Shown here piece after piece: positions 51,535-64,000 of a DNA stretch of 64,000 nucleotides. The stretch's first letter is position 1, and each line of letters opens with the position of its first letter. The DNA is from Eledone cirrhosa (lineage: Eukaryota), in NCBI GenBank assembly GCA_964016885.1, contig OZ024743.1:10292001-10356000 (forward strand), written 5' to 3'. Below the pieces are notes generated by a model. It was not told the origin of the DNA, made no database searches, and was given only the letters and a program-made list of their open reading frames with translations. Both the position numbers and the translations under genes were made by a program.

Positions 51535-51772
51535 TTAATGGGCATGGGGTTAGAATGTCTGAGGAAAGAATCACTGGACAGATTTTACAGGCAAAAACCA
51601 ACTAGCAGGAGACTCAGGGGGTAGACTCCAAACAAGATGGTTGCATAACATTCATCAGCTTGGCTGGTCTCACTTGGGGATCCAGATGGATCAGTTAGAG
51701 ATGGTTGCTTCTGACAGGGCCCACTGGAAGGAGTGGTTGAGGACTCTGCCCCCACGACACTCCCATGAATAA
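51535..51772 (+). pseudogene. 3' end of the second RTE-like family
   Basis: Reverse complement of 15955-16190. Confidence 0.65.
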
Positions 51773-51978
51773 TTGAACAAAAGAGAAGTAGGAGGAGAAA
51801 AAGAAAAAATGGGTTTATATCACAGACACTCTTCTCCTAAATTACCCTTGTGCATCATTACAAACAATGTTTTTCTGGATAATGCTTTGCTCCATCCAGA
51901 AGTCTCATCAGTAATTTGTGTGTGTGTATGTATATATTGTTATACTTTGGGAGGGATATGCACCTGTAGGTTTTCACT

Positions 51979-52215
51979 TCAACTTATAAATTTCTGGTTG
52001 GTTACTTGGTTCGATAACCGGATGGTAGTTTATATATTGTCAAAGCTATTTCGTCACACAAAAACAATACACAAAGGCAAATGGTGTAGGACAAAACAGA
52101 GGAGAGACACGAAGTAAAAATGTTTATTGGGAGCATGACCCTCCCAAAGTATAACAATATCTATTTCAACACACCTTTTCAGATAAGAAATCTTGCAAAA
52201 CAAATTCAAAAACGA
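51979..52215. mobile_element. Rearranged Penelope pseudo-LTR relic
   Basis: 51979-52060 is the reverse complement of about 2435-2510 (half hammerhead), while 52120-52215 matches about 2567-2670 in direct orientation. Confidence 0.6.
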
Positions 52216-54213
52216 TATATATATATATTAATTAAAGGTTAATTAGTCTCTAATATGATAATATGAAAACATGGTAGGGAGATCTATATATAACTGAAGT
52301 TAGATAGAAAACTGTTTCCGTCTTATCTTGTTTATACTCACAGAATTAGAGATTTTCTCATTTAATTTTAATATATATATATATATATCCCAACAACAAA
52401 TTGGCAAACACTGAGTTCATTTTCGTCTTGGTGACATTAACTCCTTCAAGTTTATTTGTGACTTTTGCATGTTTGTATTTAGTTCTACCATTCATTTTTC
52501 TATGCGTATCCTTTCAGTGAATTATTTTCTTCGTGCGAAAATCAAAGCCTTATATCATATGTACTATTTATGGTGAGGAATATAAATTTTTGGAAATGTA
52601 TAACCCATGCAAGCATGGAAAATAGATGTTAAATGGTGATGATGGTGATGATGATGATGAGTTATCGACCAGTAAGGAATGTAAATAAAACCATTGTTAA
52701 ATGTTATCTTGCAGTGTTGCTAATCATGGACTGAATTTACAATTTTCTACAAGGTTAACATTAGATTAGATTTACGTAGCTATGATCATAAATTTAGTTA
52801 CAAAAATGTGATTTATTTCAGTGGTTATTTTCAGTTTTATAGCCCAATGCTTAACAAATTAGTTCTATGTGTAGAAAACCAATATTACCAAAGTTACTTC
52901 TCTTGAGCATTAAATACGTCTTTTCTTTACTCCACTCTAGTAATTTTAATATAGTTGGTTTCTTGGGGGTTAGGGTGTTTTTCAGTTTTGATGTTATGAA
53001 ATTAGCTTGAGATACTAGAACTTGTAAAAGATCTCACAAGAAAAACCAAAGCTATAACAAACAAATAACGATTGATATTTTTGTAGAATCCTGACTTAGT
53101 CCTGACATTTAGTACTTAAAATGTGTAAGTAGCAGATCAAAGAAATGGAGACATTTTCACAAACACTTGTTTAAGTATATTTTATTACTCAAGTATTTTC
53201 ACTCTTTTGACATAAACTGAAAACATCTGCATACATACAGACACACTCCTGCACACACCCCTTACATACATACACATAAGTGTGTCTGTGCACTTGTGTA
53301 TGCAGGTGATTGTATATATGTTTCATGAAAATCAAACGACAATTGTTATGAATACTATCATGGTAAGAGAAGAAAGAATAAATAACAAGCAATTCCCATT
53401 GATATTCAACAGTTATTTTGAAAAAATACAATATTGATGGAGGTTTATAGAGAATTATGAAATATATAATTTCTTTTAAACCTGTGATTTTTATGAAGCA
53501 TATGATTCTTGAGATGGAGAAGATTCCATATAAGTAGTACTGAAGGTTCAGTCTTAAGAATTAACATGTTTAAAATCTATAATCTTTGCTATACACTTCT
53601 CACCTGTTCTATTACATTACGAGTTATTATCTATTACTTCTATTTTCCTGTCAAGAAATGAACAATCTTAACTATGAAACAAACTCAAAGATATATTTAT
53701 ATTATTATTCCACTATGTTAAAGATTCAACACATTTTAATATACTGTGTTATACCATTATTTACATATCAGAGAATAATGCATAAGATTGGACTTGAATT
53801 CCAAACTTTCATCAAACGTTCAGTAGCTGACCCCTAAGTTGTGATTTTTAAAACACTCCCTATATAATATATATACCTATATATGTGGGTGTGCATGGAT
53901 CCCGGTTTTTAGAATAAGTATACTGTTTTTCTGTGTGTCATAAGGGGTGACTAAAAGGATTGGCAGCAGGAATGGCATCCAACAATAAAAGATTGTCTCA
54001 AAATATCCTGTACAACCCATGGAAAAGTGGAAGTAAAATCGATGAAGATGGTATATATTGGAATTTGTGTTTAAAATACCATAGCATTTAACATGTTCAA
54101 TCATAAACTGATTAAGCATTCAATATTGGTAGATAGAATGTAAATTTTATTTTCTCAATAGAAAAGTGGCAATCACCTCAAAGTTTCAGATTGGTTATTT
54201 GAGCCAGTTGCCT

Positions 54214-54280
<67 letters not shown>

Positions 54281-56109
54281 GAGTGAGAGAGATAGTCTGT
54301 GGTACGGTACTAAGACCGTGGAGACCACTAATCATGTGAGTACTCGATACATGGGGAGAGTGGGTATAGAGTTATGTTAAAATTCCAACCGCTTGGCACT
54401 GAGGTCAGGATTTTACACACACATACAAACACACACACACATATATATATATGAGTTTCTCTTTTATGGCTAAGTGCCTGTTGCATAAATTAACAATAAA
54501 TGTAGTTTTAGGAATCTTGGTTAAACACTTACATTCAATATTAAGGTTTTACTAAATGATCTGCTAGATCATTTACTTAAAATATAGCTTCTTTTATACT
54601 TACACTAACTCATTAAGGTTAATGGAAACACCAGATCTGAAGCAATGTCAAGCACAATTGACAATGCCTTTGTTCTGTAGAGCAAACAGTTCTACGTGTT
54701 GAGTTTTAGCCTAGAATTTGCTTTGTAGCAATACTAAATATATTTTTAGATACAGTATATATTGATAATTCATTTTGTATAGCATTTTATATCTCAGCTA
54801 TCTCTGCAGCTACATATTAAATAATAATATTCAAACAAAATATGAGTTTTGTAAAAAGTTTGATAAATAAAAAATAAAGTAAAAATTATGATGGGGATTA
54901 GAGAGAGGTGTTTTTATATGCCTAGAGGTCCTTTCCAGCATTGCTAAATTGTTGATTGGTTTCATATTTTATAAGTTATTAGTATTTTGTTTAATCATTC
55001 TTGATTAAACAAGCTTATGGTCAAAGCATTCCAGCCATGGCCATCCTGTCATTTTTAGGCATAATGTATCTAGGATTATATTATTTCAGACTGCAGGGTG
55101 TTATTTGAGTGAGATTTAGCTGTTATTTATGGCAGATCAATCAACTGCATAAAGGTTTCTGGCCTGTCTAGTTGTAGCATTTGAACATATTAATCGCTTG
55201 GCTGCGTTACTTTTATTAGCCACTGCATAATAAGTAGCTATCAGTTCATTGATGAAGATATTTCATTTAAGGCAATCATGCTGTAGGCAACAGTATGAAT
55301 CTGAAGTTTCAAATCAAAACTTCCTTTGCTGCTTTGTCAGGTTTCAATGAAGAATTGTCATGTTCTGCATTGTTAATCAGCTTACCAATTTTCTCCACAA
55401 CCTAACGAAAAGAAAGTAAGTCTACCTCCTTCCAGCAATATCTTACTCATAACCTGAGGCTATGAAAATTTTAAATTCTAGAAAATTATTTAAAAAAACA
55501 AAATTGGTTTTATAAGGTTTATAAGAAGAAATAAGTATGAAACTTCATGAAATTTCATATTATTTCTTTGTTATCATAGTAACAATACGTTGTTTTGCAA
55601 AATGTTAGTTTGAACTTAAAGGGAATCAGTAGCTAAATAGTTAAAGTGGTAGATTACTAGCTATACAGACTGAAATCTACCACTTTAACTGTTTAGATAT
55701 CAAACTAAAATTCTTCCAGTGCAAGTTTCTGAGACTGTAACATGATATTTGATCTTATTTTATATGTTTTTGTATTTCAATAATTAAAAATGCCTTTTGC
55801 TACTTATCATATATCACCTGAGAATTCAAGCTTTTTCAGCTTCAGTTACCAAACAAAAAGTTATTGGCAATATCAAACCAGTGAGAGAGTGCTATGTGAT
55901 TGCTCAGCCTGCTAGAACTAGCAGATGTGTCTACTTCAAATCTTCTTTTGTCATCTTTAAAAAGGAATGGATAATGAATGGATAAGTAACAAAATGATGG
56001 TATGGTTATGATTTGAAAGCCATTGATCGTAAATTTGTTTACACTAATTTGTTTACTGATTTGAGGCTAACAACATTAACATGAAAAGCATAAAATACAA
56101 GATAAAGTC

Positions 56110-56372
56110 TCAGTAAAGTGGTCGTGTAGGTATCACGACAAAAAGCACCCAGTCCATGCTGTAAAGTGGTCATGTAGGTGTCACGAAAAAAGCACCCAGT
56201 ACTCACTATACATGAGGTTGGTGTTAGGAAGAGCATCCAGCTGTAGAAACCAAGCCAAAATCAGTTCTGTATTAGCAAGATATATCCCTTGACTTAGCAT
56301 TGCCCACAACAGGACAACTCATCTAACCCATGCTAGTGTGGAAAATAGACATAAATCAGTGATGATGATGAT
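56110..56372 (+). mobile_element. RTE 3'-UTR-only copy with (GAT)n tail
   Basis: GGTTGGTGTTAGGAAGAGCATCCAGCTGTAGAAA...TCTAACCCATGCTAG...GATGATGATG; shorter tails at about 28295, 31721, 52602 and 53960. Confidence 0.75.
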
Positions 56373-58486
56373 ATGTATTGATCCATTTTTTCTATCACAT
56401 GCTTAAAGAGCAATCAAATCTTAGTCTTTAAAACATTAGGACATGATGATATTACATGTAGTTTATTTCTATTCACAAACAAATATACAATTCTTCCACA
56501 TACTTGGTATTACAATTATTAACCCTTCTACAGGTAAAGCAATGTCTCTAATAATACATCCCATTTTCTTACATATTTACAAATTAAAATAATAATATTG
56601 ACCAACTGTTATTTTTTCACTGCATATTTATTTATAGAAAATTCCAAAAATGAAGAAACTATAGCACTCTGATCTCAGTTTATAATTTTTAGAAAATACA
56701 GATATATAATGTTTTGTCAATTTTCTTTTGTTTAAATTTCGAATTTAATGGAAATTGATGTTAGCAAGTGTAAGAAGGCAGAGCCACTTAAATCTCTGAT
56801 ACCTGCAACTTTCCACATCAGTAAGTAAAGAAACTTCTATATAGTAAGTTAATAAGTTTACTGCATCTCACTCCTATCACCATAAGGATATGTGTACAGA
56901 ATTCCATAGACCAAACATAACTTCCTAATTTTTAAAAAGTACATTCTCAGACAGAGACTCCAAACAGAAACCTAGCAAATATTGTTATCAATTTTCAATG
57001 AATCCAGAATTAATTCTTGCTAGAATGAACAAAACCCAAGCTCCTGGAATGAAGTCACATGTGTTCTAAATTCTGCCTTAAAAAAAACTGTTGTGAAGCA
57101 GAGATTCCTTCATTGGAATCTTGTAACCAACGTAAGTATTGCCCAGAAACTATAATATAAAACCAAAATAAATGAAATACAATGTCTCCTTCAGAATAAA
57201 GGTTTTGTAATGTTTCATAGACCTAATTTCCCAATTCTCTTTTTGTGTAATATAGAAAACTATTATAATTAAGTATAATATAAATTATCAATTCAATGAG
57301 CTAACAAAGGACCTTTACATGGTCACATACCTTGCAAGAAATGTCAACCAAATCTTTCTCATATCTACTGTCTTAAAAAGAGGAAAGCACACAATGGATA
57401 ATGTAGTGCTAGATATACTATGCCTTAAAATGATGGGATGGTCATATCTGCAAAACATTTTGTCATAAGTTTACTTGAACATTAGGCTTTCTATAATACT
57501 TTCTGTGTAATATACAGATTAGACATTCAAATTTGATTCTTTGAAAATAAAGCCCTTTTCAATTTCTAATTTCTGGTTATATTATACATTTTACATACTT
57601 TCAATAGCAATTAAAGATGAATATAACAGTTTGTAACCTCTTACACTGTTTATTCATCTCCAACAGTCATTCTTCAGAGAAAATGTATTTTTATTTCTTG
57701 GTTGAATACATTTGGTGTAAGTTAGTACCATTTAAGATTTTTATTAGTAAAATTACCTGTTTGGTGAACATAATAAATATAGTATCTAATACGATTCCTG
57801 ACAGACAGAAAAGTAATCATATAAATTATGTGTACGATTACAACTAAATCGATTGAATGGAGTTGCAGGCAATACAGATCTAAAATGGAGGAAATATTGG
57901 TTTAGGCATTATGACAACAGAAATGTGTCTAGACAAATGGTAACAAAAATCCTCAGTCAGCTTCTGATTGCTTACTCTAATCAGTTGGTCTGCTTATTGA
58001 CTTCTTTGTTTCAGAAGAATGAATCTTATCTAGTCAAGAAAACAACATTTTTTGCTATTTCCTAGAATGGATAGGAACCAAGAAACTTGATGATACTCAT
58101 GAACAAAACTTTTTATATATGTATTCTAATGTTTGGTTGTGAGTTCAGTTAATAAGTGAATTAGTTTCCTTTTCTTTTCTTATTTTTTTTCTTACACTTT
58201 CAAATTAATTGTTTGGAAACACAAATTTTACATATTCTATTGTGAATTCAATATATGAATGTGATATTTTTTACACTTCCAAATCAATTGTACTAAAAAC
58301 AAATGCACTTAAAATTAGCATTTAGGTCAATATGAAGATATATTTGTCAATATTGATCCCTTGTGGTACTAAATATTAATAGACCTCTGCTATATTTTGA
58401 CAGTGATTGTTCCAGTTGTTTGATTAACAGAATAGTCAATTGAAGTATAAGTGACTGTGTATTCCTTAGACATGTGTATCCTTTAA

Positions 58487-58699
58487 CCCTTTAGCATTTA
58501 CATTACTCTATATATATTTTCACAGTAAAGACTTTACCTTACATAATTATCTTACATAATATCAAATCTATGAGATTTTGATATTATTTATTTTGAGAAC
58601 AATACCTTCACATCAGTATGCATGGCTGGTTACACCTAGTTTGAACAGAAAGAGGTGAGAGATTTCTGGCTGGATATAGCTGGTTTAAATGCTAAAGGG
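58487..58699. mobile_element. piggyBac-type MITE
   Basis: 14-bp perfect TIR CCCTTTAGCATTTA/TAAATGCTAAAGGG with TTAA on both sides (58483-86, 58700-03). Confidence 0.8.
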
Positions 58700-59114
58700 T
58701 TAATGAAATTCTTAGGAAGACTGGCTGTGACACTGTGATGAAACAGTTTCTTTGAATTACAATTACTGTCCATTTGATGGGCTTCTAACAGTTTCAAATT
58801 TCACTCACAAGGCTTGGGTTAATCTGAAGCTATTCTTGTATTCTTTTTCTGGTTTCAAACATTTGATAGTGGCCATACTGTGGCACTAAATTGATTAAGT
58901 CAATCAATCATATCAACCCCAGTACATACTTTTTCAAATATGGTACTTATATTATTGATCACTTTTTGTCAAACAGGATATGAAACACATACATAAACAT
59001 AAACTTGGAAACACACACACACACACATATGTATGTATGTGTATATGTTCGTATGTATACACACATATATATGTATATACATAATAATAATAACACCAAT
59101 CAACAATATCTAAA

Positions 59115-59952
59115 GTTTACAATATATTAGCCAGAGTAAGAACGGGAAGGAAGAAGTTCAGGGAGCTACTACCATTGCTAGATAAAAAAGGTTTTTCCCT
59201 CAAAATGAAAGGCAGACTGTATGATGTGTGCATATGAACAGCAGTGTTGCAGGGTAGTGAGACCTGGATGCTGTGTGCAGAAGACTTGTGTAGATTGGAT
59301 TGCATGCTCCAATGGATGTGTAATAGTAATATATGTGAACAGCAAAGCATGAAAGAACTGAGGGTGAAACTAGGAAAAGAGGAATCAGATGCAGAGGAAT
59401 CAGAGGAGATTGCATTGGTATGGACATGTGATGTGTATGAAGGATGACAGCTGTATAAAAAGGTGCAGAGTGCTCAAAATCGATGGAAGCCGTGGGATGG
59501 GGAGACCCAGGAAGACTTGTGATGAAATGATACAAGCTGACCTTGCCCAATTATACCTCACAAAGGCAATGACACAGCACCAAGATCTCTGGTGTTACAC
59601 AGTAATAGAGAAGACCCAACTTGCCACGGGTACAGGCCGAAGCTCAAGCATATATATAGTATGCACCACCCTACCAATCCCATACATCTTCCATGAGGAC
59701 AGACTGAAGTATACATCCAGTGAAGCCTCCAGGCAGCACTGTAAAGTGGTCGTGCAGGTATCACAACAAAAGGCACTCAGCCCACACTGTAAATGAGGTT
59801 GACATTAGGAAGGGCATGCAGCTGTAGAAGGAGCAAGACATGGTCACCTGACCTAGCATTGCTCACAACAGGATAACTCGTCTAACCCATGCTAGAGTGA
59901 AAAAAATGGACGTTAAATTGTGATTATGATATATATATATATGATGATGATG
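59115..59952 (+). mobile_element. Older 5'-truncated RTE LINE
   Basis: GSETW...[21 protein letters not shown]...GRPRKT plus 3' UTR. Confidence 0.8.
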
Positions 59953-60387
59953 ATTTATATCATACAAATATAATTTCAGCAAGATTCGTATTTCGGCTAT
60001 GGTCGAAAACAAAGTGAAACGCAATATCCGAGTTATGCTGGCAAGCGCTCCATGGACCAAATAAAGACCAGAGCAATAAACATAGGTTATAAAGGCCAAA
60101 CAAACTGAGATATATATATATAAACAATAAAGTAAAATAAATGATTAAATTCTAAAGTCCCGCCACCACCACCAAAAGAAAAGAAGAAAAACTGATAAAG
60201 AAAAGTTGAAACAACTAAAAATCTTGGAACAAAAACTTCTTATATTCCAAGAAAGTAGTGATACAAGGGGCTACACATGTTTTACTCTTCTTGTGTATAT
60301 ATGCAATGTGTCAATGTCATAATGCCATAATGAAACTGTGCTTGAAAATGTTAACACCAACACCAAAGCAACAGCAATAATAATAAC

Positions 60388-60604
60388 GATTTCTAGTATA
60401 GGCACAAGGTCAGCAATTTGGGGGAGGAGAAAGTCGATTAAATCGACCCCAGTACGTTACTGGTGCTTTATTCTATCAACCCCATAAGGATGAAAGGCAA
60501 AGTTAACCTTGGGAGGATTTGAATGCGGAACATAAAGGTCCGTAACTCTATGCCGTTAAGCATGTTGTCCAACACTCTACCGATTCTGCCAATCCACCGC
60601 CCAA
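60388..60604 (-). mobile_element. Full-length SINE family M, (AAT)-type repeats on both sides
   Basis: Minus strand: TTGGCAGAATCGGTAGAG...GCCTTTCATCCTTATGGGGTTGATAGAATAAAGCACCAG. Confidence 0.8.
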
Positions 60605-60606
60605 GC

Positions 60607-60654
<48 letters not shown>

Positions 60655-60657
<3 letters not shown>

Positions 60658-63548
60658 ATGAACCTAAGATTTGTAGACAGGAAAAAGTTAAAAGAAACAA
60701 CAGCTAAGGTAAACAAAGTCATCCCATACCTTGAGGCGAGGAGCCTTCACCAGTGCAACAATATCCTCAGAGCAACAGCAAATACGGTGAGGAAACTACT
60801 TGGTATAAAAGCGAGAGGAAACAACAGACAAGAAAGAGCAGAGCCGTGGTGGAAGAAGCGACTGAGTGGGCAAATCGGGGAAATGAGAAATGACATAGGA
60901 AAGCTTGAGTCACTACTGAATGGGACACTAAAAAACATAGGCACTAAAAATAGACTGGAAATAAAATACAAAACTAGGAGTAAAAAGCTAAATATTATCA
61001 TAGAGGAATTGAAGCAACGCATTGTAGCAAAGAGTGCAAAAATCAGGCGATACGAGAACAGAGTCAGTCAGTATAAACAGAACCGCATGTTCGACAACAA
61101 CCAGAAGATGCTGTTTGGACAGCTTGAGGGCAAAGAAAGAGGCAACGACTTGATCCCTGGGGCGGAGCAAACTAAAACATTCTGGAGAGGAATATGGGAG
61201 CAGGATGTTAGACACAATGCCCAGGCAGGGTGGATTGAGACAGTACAGAGGGAGATCGGTGAGCAGGCACAGCAACAGACTGATTTGAGTATCACAGTTG
61301 AAACTCTTAAGGGGCAAGCCAAAAAACTAACCAACTGGAAATCACCAGGCCCAGATGGTGTGCAGGGGTATTGGATTAAACATCTAACATCCCTCCACCC
61401 GAAGCTGACGGCCATGTTCAATGACTGCTTGGTGTCGGGTGAGGTGCCAGAGTGGTTGACAAAAGGTACCACAGTTCTGATAATGAAAGACCGAATCAAG
61501 GGTAATGATGCTACCAACTACAGACCTATCACATGTCTGCCCGTAATGTGGAAACTGTTGACGAGCATTGTGTCTGAGGAAATCTACCATCACCTCCACA
61601 CAAACAACTTGTTACCGGACGAACAGAAAGGATGCCGAAAGAAGTCACGTGGTACAAAGGACCAGTTGCTTATTGATAAGATGGTAATGGGGAATTGCAG
61701 GAGGAGACACACTGATCTTGCCATGGGATGGATAGACTACAGAAAAGCATTTGACATGGTGCCTCATTCCTGGATCACCAAAAGCCTGGAGATCTTCAGG
61801 GTGGCAGATAACATCAGACAGTTGCTAGGCAGGAGTATGGGGTCCTGGGAGACAGAGTTGACATCAACTGGAGTATCCTTGGGAAGCGTGAAGATCAAGA
61901 GAGGTATCTTCCAGGGAGATAGCCTGTCCCCTCTGTTGTTTGTCCTTGCCCTGATGCCCTTGACCATTATGCTGCGAAAAATGAGAGCAGGATACAAGTT
62001 GGGAAGGGGAGAGCTTACCATCAATCACCTCCTCTTCATGGACGATCTTAAGCTCTTCGGGAAAAGTGAGAAGGAGTTGGATGTGCTTGTTGACACTGTC
62101 CGTATTTTCAGCAGTGATATATGTATGCAGTTTGGTATTGGTAAATGTGGAGTCATTGTGATGAAGAGGGGTAGGTTGAGCAGAAGTAACGGGATCCAGA
62201 TACCAACAGGTGAGATGATAAAGGAAATTGACTCTGAGGAAGGATACAAGTATTTGGGCGTTCTGGAGGCTGATGGCATAAAGAACAAAAACATGAAGGA
62301 ATTGTTAAGAACTGAATACATTCGGAGAGTAAGGAGCGTATTGAAGTCACATCTGAACAGCAGAAATGCCATAAACGCAGTAAATTCCCGAGCTGTGTCT
62401 ATTATTAGGTACAGTGCGGGAATTCTGAGATGGAATGTTGCTGAACAGAAAGAAATGGATAGGAAGACTAGGAAGCTATTGACTATCTACAACATGTTCC
62501 ACAAGAGGAGTGATGTCGATAGACTCTACCTAAGGAGATCTGAGGGTGGAAGAGGTCTTATCAGCATAGAGGACTGTGTTCAGATGGAGAAAAACAACCT
62601 ATACAAATACGTGACCTATAGTAAGGAGCCAATGCTCAGAACTGTACTGAAGGAGGGGACAGTAGGCCAGGGGATGTCCAGGGAGGAAATAACATCAAGG
62701 AGGAAGAGCAGCCTTAAGGGAAAACCCCTTCATAGTACCTTCTTTGAGAAAACTGAATTTAGAGATCCACAGACATGGAACTGGTTGAGAAGAGGAGACC
62801 TCAAAAAGGCTACAGAAGGAATGCTAATGGCTGCGCAGGAGCAGGCCCTCAAAACGAAGTGGTTGAAGCACCATATCTACAAGGAGGAGGCTAGCCCACT
62901 GTGCAGGATCTGTGGAGAGAGAGAGGAGACTGTGGCTCACATTGTGTCCGAGTGTAAACACCTAGCCCAGACCCACTATAAGGGCTGGAGACACGATGTG
63001 ATGGGCAGGGTGATCCACTGGCACCTGTGCAAAGTAAACAATCTACCACATTCTGAGAAATGGTATGAGCATAGGCCAGAGGCGGTGATGGAGAACAATC
63101 AGGTGAAGGTGCTGTGGGATTTTAGGATACAGACGGACAAAAAACTGGAACACAATAGACCTGACCTGGTGGTTGTGGACAAAGAAAAAAGATCGTGCCT
63201 GATTGTGGATGTGGCCTGCCCGTTCGACACGAGAGTGCAAGAGAAGGAGAGGGAGAAAATTAACCGATACCAGGACCTAAAGTGGGAGGTGAAAAGGATT
63301 TGGAACTGCCATGAAGTCAAAGTGATCCCGATTGTCATAGGCGCACTGGGGACTATCTCCAAAAGTTTCCAGGGATGGTTAAAGAAAATCGGCCCCTTCA
63401 CGCTTTTTGGAACGCTTCAAAAGGCATGCTTGCTTGGAACAGCAAGAACCCTCCGATACGTCCTGAATATCTGAGGCTGCAGGTAGTGGCTTGATATTCA
63501 ATCCAACGGACTTTCCAGTTAACCAACATCAATGACTGAGATTCAAGG
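60655..63548 (+). mobile_element. 5'-truncated R4/Dong-clade RLE non-LTR retrotransposon in (AAT)n
   Basis: (AAT)n at 60607-60654 and 63549-63576; single ORF; ~75-nt 3' UTR. Confidence 0.9.
60658..63474 (+). CDS. R4/Dong-type RT + CCHC + restriction-like endonuclease (938 aa from the first in-element ATG)
   Basis: WKSPGPDG, NYRPITCL, EQKGC, DYRKAFD, GIFQGDSLSP, LLFMDDLKL, YKYLG, GGRGL, CRICGEREETVAHIVSEC, RHD, HNRPDLVV..VDVACP..EKINRY; no stops. Confidence 0.9.
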   Translation: MNLRFVDRKKLKETTAKVNKVIPYLEARSLHQCNNILRATANTVRKLLGIKARGNNRQERAEPWWKKRLSGQIGEMRNDIGKLESLLNGTLKNIGTKNRLEIKYKTRSKKLNIIIEELKQRIVAKSAKIRRYENRVSQYKQNRMFDNNQKMLFGQLEGKERGNDLIPGAEQTKTFWRGIWEQDVRHNAQAGWIETVQREIGEQAQQQTDLSITVETLKGQAKKLTNWKSPGPDGVQGYWIKHLTSLHPKLTAMFNDCLVSGEVPEWLTKGTTVLIMKDRIKGNDATNYRPITCLPVMWKLLTSIVSEEIYHHLHTNNLLPDEQKGCRKKSRGTKDQLLIDKMVMGNCRRRHTDLAMGWIDYRKAFDMVPHSWITKSLEIFRVADNIRQLLGRSMGSWETELTSTGVSLGSVKIKRGIFQGDSLSPLLFVLALMPLTIMLRKMRAGYKLGRGELTINHLLFMDDLKLFGKSEKELDVLVDTVRIFSSDICMQFGIGKCGVIVMKRGRLSRSNGIQIPTGEMIKEIDSEEGYKYLGVLEADGIKNKNMKELLRTEYIRRVRSVLKSHLNSRNAINAVNSRAVSIIRYSAGILRWNVAEQKEMDRKTRKLLTIYNMFHKRSDVDRLYLRRSEGGRGLISIEDCVQMEKNNLYKYVTYSKEPMLRTVLKEGTVGQGMSREEITSRRKSSLKGKPLHSTFFEKTEFRDPQTWNWLRRGDLKKATEGMLMAAQEQALKTKWLKHHIYKEEASPLCRICGEREETVAHIVSECKHLAQTHYKGWRHDVMGRVIHWHLCKVNNLPHSEKWYEHRPEAVMENNQVKVLWDFRIQTDKKLEHNRPDLVVVDKEKRSCLIVDVACPFDTRVQEKEREKINRYQDLKWEVKRIWNCHEVKVIPIVIGALGTISKSFQGWLKKIGPFTLFGTLQKACLLGTARTLRYVLNI

Positions 63549-63576
63549 AATAACAATAACAATAATAATAATAATG

Positions 63577-64000
63577 ATTTCTTTATTAACCACAAGGGTT
63601 TACATAAAGTAAACATTAAGGACAGTGCAGGACAATACAGGACGGTACAAATGGGCATTTTTGCGTGTAAAAAACAAAAACAGAGGATGTAACAAAAAAA
63701 AAACAATGAAAAATTCCCCAATAGGGGGAGACTTCGGAGGGACATTTGTGGAGAAAGCCCAGTAAAAGGCCACAGTGACCCTGACCACCAAGGCAAGTGC
63801 CCTCTCCCAGTTTTCCACCTTTAATTTACAGATATATACTCAGAGTAGACCCATTCACTCGGGCCATTCTTGCTTCTCTCACCCATCTTTCAATAAAATG
63901 CTGGGAAGAGAGCACTTCCCTCTCTACTCTGATTTTCCTTTTCAAATGAAATTTGAAAAAGTTAATCAGAGCATCACCGAAGAGGTAAGTGCTCGTCTTC
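63577..64000 (-). mobile_element. 3' end of another young Tx1 copy, running off the window
   Basis: Closely matches 34785-35200 and abuts the (AAT)n tail of the Dong element. Confidence 0.9.

Noticed and set aside
56765-57131. Plus-strand exons ending at GTAAGT (56821, 57132)
   Set aside because: Good donors but weak acceptors and no recognisable peptide; cannot be supported without transcripts.
59975-60110. CpG-rich patch with GCCGAAATACG on the minus strand as another hammerhead
   Set aside because: No CTGANGA core or stem I found.
60523-60657. Poly-Asn N-terminus of the 983-aa ORF
   Set aside because: Derived from an antisense SINE plus the (AAT)n target; not part of the element's protein.

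Overview
AT-rich, repeat-dense eukaryotic (metazoan) DNA, intronic or intergenic; the SINE and microsatellite types suggest a cephalopod such as octopus (inference only). I found no confidently identifiable host gene. The window is a nested pile of retroelements: a near full-length Tx1/L1-clade LINE (34785-40657, -) with both ends in (AAT)n plus four further Tx1 pieces; an R4/Dong-type RLE LINE with an uninterrupted 938-aa RT-CCHC-RLE frame (60655-63548, +), also in (AAT)n, plus two Dong relics; several RTE-clade LINE copies whose RT carries an inserted C4HC3 PHD finger; a CR1-group LINE; Penelope-like GIY-YIG fragments; and a non-autonomous LTR element with a tRNA-Trp primer site. Also present: a piggyBac-type MITE, a DNA-transposase relic and several tRNA-derived SINE families. 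Most notable: (i) apparent partitioning of elements between (AAT)n and (TA)n microsatellites, with a repeated tail-to-tail Dong/Tx1 arrangement; (ii) the PHD finger inside the RTE reverse transcriptase; (iii) five minimal hammerhead-ribozyme motifs, one inside a ~230-bp highly structured orphan element. Most short ORFs in the track are microsatellite artefacts.
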